Source of the DNA: an uncultured Candidatus Saccharibacteria bacterium
Lineage (GTDB): Bacteria > Patescibacteriota > Dojkabacteria > CAZCSM01
Length of the DNA stretch: 64,000 bases
Direction of reading: 5' to 3'
NCBI GenBank assembly: GCA_964501355.1
Contig: CAZCSM010000006.1
Span: forward strand, 2,347 to 66,346
Below the pieces are notes generated by a model. It was not told the DNA's origin and did no database searches. It worked only from the letters and a program-made list of their open reading frames with translations. This document shows, in pieces, positions 61,175 to 64,000 of the stretch (its first letter is position 1; every line of letters starts with the position of its first letter). A program made the translations under genes and the position numbers.

Positions 61175-62320
61175 ATGATAATGGAAAGGAAAACACGGAA
61201 AATATTAATTGAGGGAGTACTGATTCTTTTTGCAGTAAGTGTTAGTATTTCTATTTGGGGAGACAGAGAACTGGCCGAAGCTGCAACAACCTGTGTTGAT
61301 GATACATTATCTGCTTCAGTAAATAATTCTACCAAAATAAATGCAACTTCAATATGCAACGCTCCCAGTGTATCTGTTGTTAGTCCTACTCAGATAGATA
61401 TCCGATTTGAAAGGGCTGGACAACCATCCCCAGCTCTTTGCCGAAATTCTTACCCGGTAGTATATACTAGTGGAGTGGGTTGGCAGTTAACTGCTTGTTA
61501 TACAGGAACTTGTGAGACACGAACTTTGCAGGTTGCATATGAGGGATCCTTTTGGACAGGAGGCCTTGAGGATACCGATGAAGGAACGGGTGATGGACAA
61601 CCAGATTATGATATTCAAATTTCTGCGAGTATAGTACATATACCATGTTGTGGTGATGGTTCGGTGGACGCTGATGAATTATGTGATAACATAGCTCCTT
61701 ATAACTATAAAGATGATTGTGGTTATGGAGAGACAAATTGCTGTTACACTCCAGCTGTAGGAACATCTTTAATGTGTACAACATACCTCGGTCCACATTG
61801 TGGTGATGGAATTCCCAACGGGTCGGAAGACTGCGATGATGGGAATACAGTTGATGGTGATGGTTGCAATACATACACTTCTAATTGTCAACATATTTGT
61901 GGTGATGGCTCGTTAGATGAGGATGAAGAATGTGAATCTAATGGCATATGGTATGGAGGAACCGGCTTGCCTATTGGCTCCTGTACGGTTACTGACCCAC
62001 CGGGTACGTGTAAATATTGTAATGCGGCCGATTGTACCGTTCAATCTGTTGCAGACGGTGCAGATGTTCCACTTGTTGTTACAGGGGGATTGGTTGCACT
62101 TGGTCAAAATCAAAGTGATTCTGCGATTGAATTGCAGCGAAATATTATATTCTACTCCCCCATTGATGGTGAACTATATTTCGGTGATAGTACAGAAGAT
62201 TTTAACAACAATATGAGTCCCGCGGAAGCTCTTTACTATGATCCTCGTTATTTAGATATTTATAGAAATATTTTAGGCGATTTCGGAAATATACAATTTA
62301 GAGAGTCAGGTGTTCAATAA
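61175..62320 (+). CDS. Second secreted protein with Myxococcus-type cysteine-rich repeats
   Basis: Signal peptide, then CCGDGSVDADELCDN, HCGDGIPNGSEDCDDGNTVDGDGC and ICGDGSLDEDEEC repeats. Confidence 0.6.
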   Translation: MIMERKTRKILIEGVLILFAVSVSISIWGDRELAEAATTCVDDTLSASVNNSTKINATSICNAPSVSVVSPTQIDIRFERAGQPSPALCRNSYPVVYTSGVGWQLTACYTGTCETRTLQVAYEGSFWTGGLEDTDEGTGDGQPDYDIQISASIVHIPCCGDGSVDADELCDNIAPYNYKDDCGYGETNCCYTPAVGTSLMCTTYLGPHCGDGIPNGSEDCDDGNTVDGDGCNTYTSNCQHICGDGSLDEDEECESNGIWYGGTGLPIGSCTVTDPPGTCKYCNAADCTVQSVADGADVPLVVTGGLVALGQNQSDSAIELQRNIIFYSPIDGELYFGDSTEDFNNNMSPAEALYYDPRYLDIYRNILGDFGNIQFRESGVQ

Positions 62321-62346
62321 TTTTTAGATAAATTAATTAACAGAAA

Positions 62347-62718
62347 ATGGCAAATATACTTGTAGTAGAAGATGAAAAAGATTTATTAGATATCTATCAG
62401 GAAGTCCTGGAAGGTGCTGGTTATAAGGTTGTAACAGCAGAAAATGGTAAGGTTGCTCTCGAGAAGTTGAGCGAAAGTCCCTTTGACTTGGTACTTCTTG
62501 ACCTTATGATGCCCGAGGTAGATGGTATGGAAGTTTTGAAGGTTATTCGTGCAGATAAAGATGGGAAATATAAAAATCTGAAAGTCATTGTTCTTACAAA
62601 CCTTTCAAGCGATGTCGTGATAAAGGAAAGTTTTGATGCAAAGGCTGATGGATATTTAATGAAAACAGAGTTAACTCCAAGTCAGGTGGTCGAAGAAGTT
62701 CGAGGGTTCTTAAATTAA
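62347..62718 (+). CDS. Stand-alone CheY-like response-regulator receiver domain
   Basis: ILVVEDE...DLVLLDLMMP...K receiver signature. There is no output domain. Confidence 0.8.
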   Translation: MANILVVEDEKDLLDIYQEVLEGAGYKVVTAENGKVALEKLSESPFDLVLLDLMMPEVDGMEVLKVIRADKDGKYKNLKVIVLTNLSSDVVIKESFDAKADGYLMKTELTPSQVVEEVRGFLN

Positions 62719-62780
62719 AGAATTGACTCGGGTATAAACACCTGTTATCTTAAATACTGATAATTTGTTATATCAAAAAA

Positions 62781-63812
62781 ATGTCACTGCCTAATTTTTT
62801 TGGATTGGATTTTGGAAATCATACTGTAAAAATTGTTCAATTAAAAGGCCAGCAAGGAAAGCCTTCTCTTGTCAGTTACGGTGGCACCTCTACCCCATTC
62901 GGCGTCATTAGAAGTGAAAATGAAGAACACCAAAAAGGTCTTGCCGATGTGACAAAAGCCCTCGTTAAAACACTAAATATCAAGACAAATAATTGTGTTG
63001 TTGCATTGCCGGAGTCATCAATATTTACGAGACTCATTACAATTCCCGGAATGAAACCACAGGAAGTTGAAAATGCCGTATATTGGGAGGCAAAACAATA
63101 TATTCCTGTCGATTTGGAAGCTGTCCAATTGGATTGGATGGAAGTCGGCGAAACTGTAGTTGGCGAGACCGTACAAAAGAAAATACTTCTTGTCGCGGCT
63201 CCAAAGACATTGGTTGAATTATATGTAAAGGTCGTTCAGATGGCAGGTTTAGAGCCGATTGCTTTGGAAACAGAAGCAATTGCGAATGTACGAGCAATGA
63301 GCAACTCAACTCAAAATTCTAATGCTATTATCCTCGATTTTGGGGCTCAGTCTACAGATCTCGTTGTAATGAGCAAAGGAAACTTGCTTTTCTCTCAAAC
63401 TTTAAGTACCGGTTCAGATGCTTTAACAAAGGCTATTATGCAGGATTACGCGCTGAATGAAGAACAGGCGGAACAGTACAAGAGAACATACGGTGTTGAT
63501 GAAACTCAGCTTGAGGGCAAGTTAGTACAAACACTTGCACCCGTCATGAATTCCATCGTTGATGAGACGAGGAGAGCTTTGGGCTTTTATCGAACACACG
63601 CAGCTGAAGAAGCCCCGGACAAGGTTTTTCTCGTTGGCGATGGAGCAAGGCTTCCTGGATTGTCTTCATTTATGACGAAATCTTTAGGCGTTGAGTCTTC
63701 AGTAGGAAATCCTTGGAACAATATTGATTTAGGAGATCGCTTTGCTCAGGAGTTAGCTTCGGGCTCTCCTGGTTACTCTGTTGCAGTTGGTCTAGCATTA
63801 AAGTCAAAATAG
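62781..63812 (+). CDS. pilM: Type IV pilus assembly protein PilM, locus 2
   Basis: FFGLDFGNHTVKIVQL actin-like ATPase fold. 343 aa. Confidence 0.8.
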   Translation: MSLPNFFGLDFGNHTVKIVQLKGQQGKPSLVSYGGTSTPFGVIRSENEEHQKGLADVTKALVKTLNIKTNNCVVALPESSIFTRLITIPGMKPQEVENAVYWEAKQYIPVDLEAVQLDWMEVGETVVGETVQKKILLVAAPKTLVELYVKVVQMAGLEPIALETEAIANVRAMSNSTQNSNAIILDFGAQSTDLVVMSKGNLLFSQTLSTGSDALTKAIMQDYALNEEQAEQYKRTYGVDETQLEGKLVQTLAPVMNSIVDETRRALGFYRTHAAEEAPDKVFLVGDGARLPGLSSFMTKSLGVESSVGNPWNNIDLGDRFAQELASGSPGYSVAVGLALKSK

Positions 63813-63815
63813 ATA

Positions 63816-64000
63816 TGGCAGAAAAAGGACAGGGCGTAAATCTATTACCCTCCCTCACAAAAGGTGAGATGAAAAAAGAACGTCAAAAAGGGCAGCTAAT
63901 TCTTGGTACAACAGGTGTGACCTTCCTTGTCGCTTTGATAACGGCGGGTCTTTTGTTCTATAACTTATATCTTCAGTACAAAGTTCAGGGTGCCCCTTTC
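63816..64000 (+). CDS. pilN: PilN-like protein. The 5-prime part only, running off the window end.
   Basis: N-terminal VNLLPS motif followed by a TM segment (TTGVTFLVALITAGLLF), immediately after pilM. Confidence 0.55.

Overview
This 64-kb window is low-GC bacterial DNA with the gene content of a small-genome, monoderm-type Candidate Phyla Radiation (Patescibacteria-like) organism read with the standard genetic code. Housekeeping genes include rpsF-ssb-rpsR, prfA-prmC-rpmE, dnaB, efp, one tRNA-Leu(CAA), ruvCAB with yebC, gyrBA, holB and ychF. Envelope and protease genes are also present: sortase, an LCP ligase, lgt/lspA, and S41, HtrA and M16 peptidases. The window starts with an archaeal-type nucleotide salvage pair, a ribose-1,5-bisphosphate isomerase and an AMP phosphorylase. 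Two separate type IV pilus loci dominate the accessory content. Locus 1 (23.0-32.0 kb) holds pilB, pilC, three pseudopilins, a PilX-like gene, a fused pilMN, pilO and a reverse-strand major pilin. Locus 2 (50.3-64.0 kb) holds pilB2, pilT, pilC2, a pilin, pilD, three pseudopilins, a PilX-like gene, two secreted cysteine-rich repeat proteins, a lone response regulator, pilM and the start of pilN. Locus 2 is interrupted by a four-helix-bundle (23S-IVS-type) gene flanked by inverted A/T repeats. The strongest candidate for something new is a small integrative island at 35.9-40.7 kb. It carries a tyrosine recombinase whose last 69 bp recur 1.6 kb downstream as a copy that differs only at synonymous positions, and the two copies bracket an AbiEi/AbiEii toxin-antitoxin cassette. 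The island also includes a 716-bp non-coding stretch and a compositionally atypical 363-aa protein of unknown function. Other repeat features are a (AAAAGAT)x5 heptamer tract running into the start codon of a pilus-tip-like gene, a 108-bp tandem repeat inside a cysteine-rich repeat gene, and a family of GTAGGGACAGG palindromes. All calls rest on motif recognition in the supplied translations and on reading the nucleotide sequence by eye. No database searches were run.
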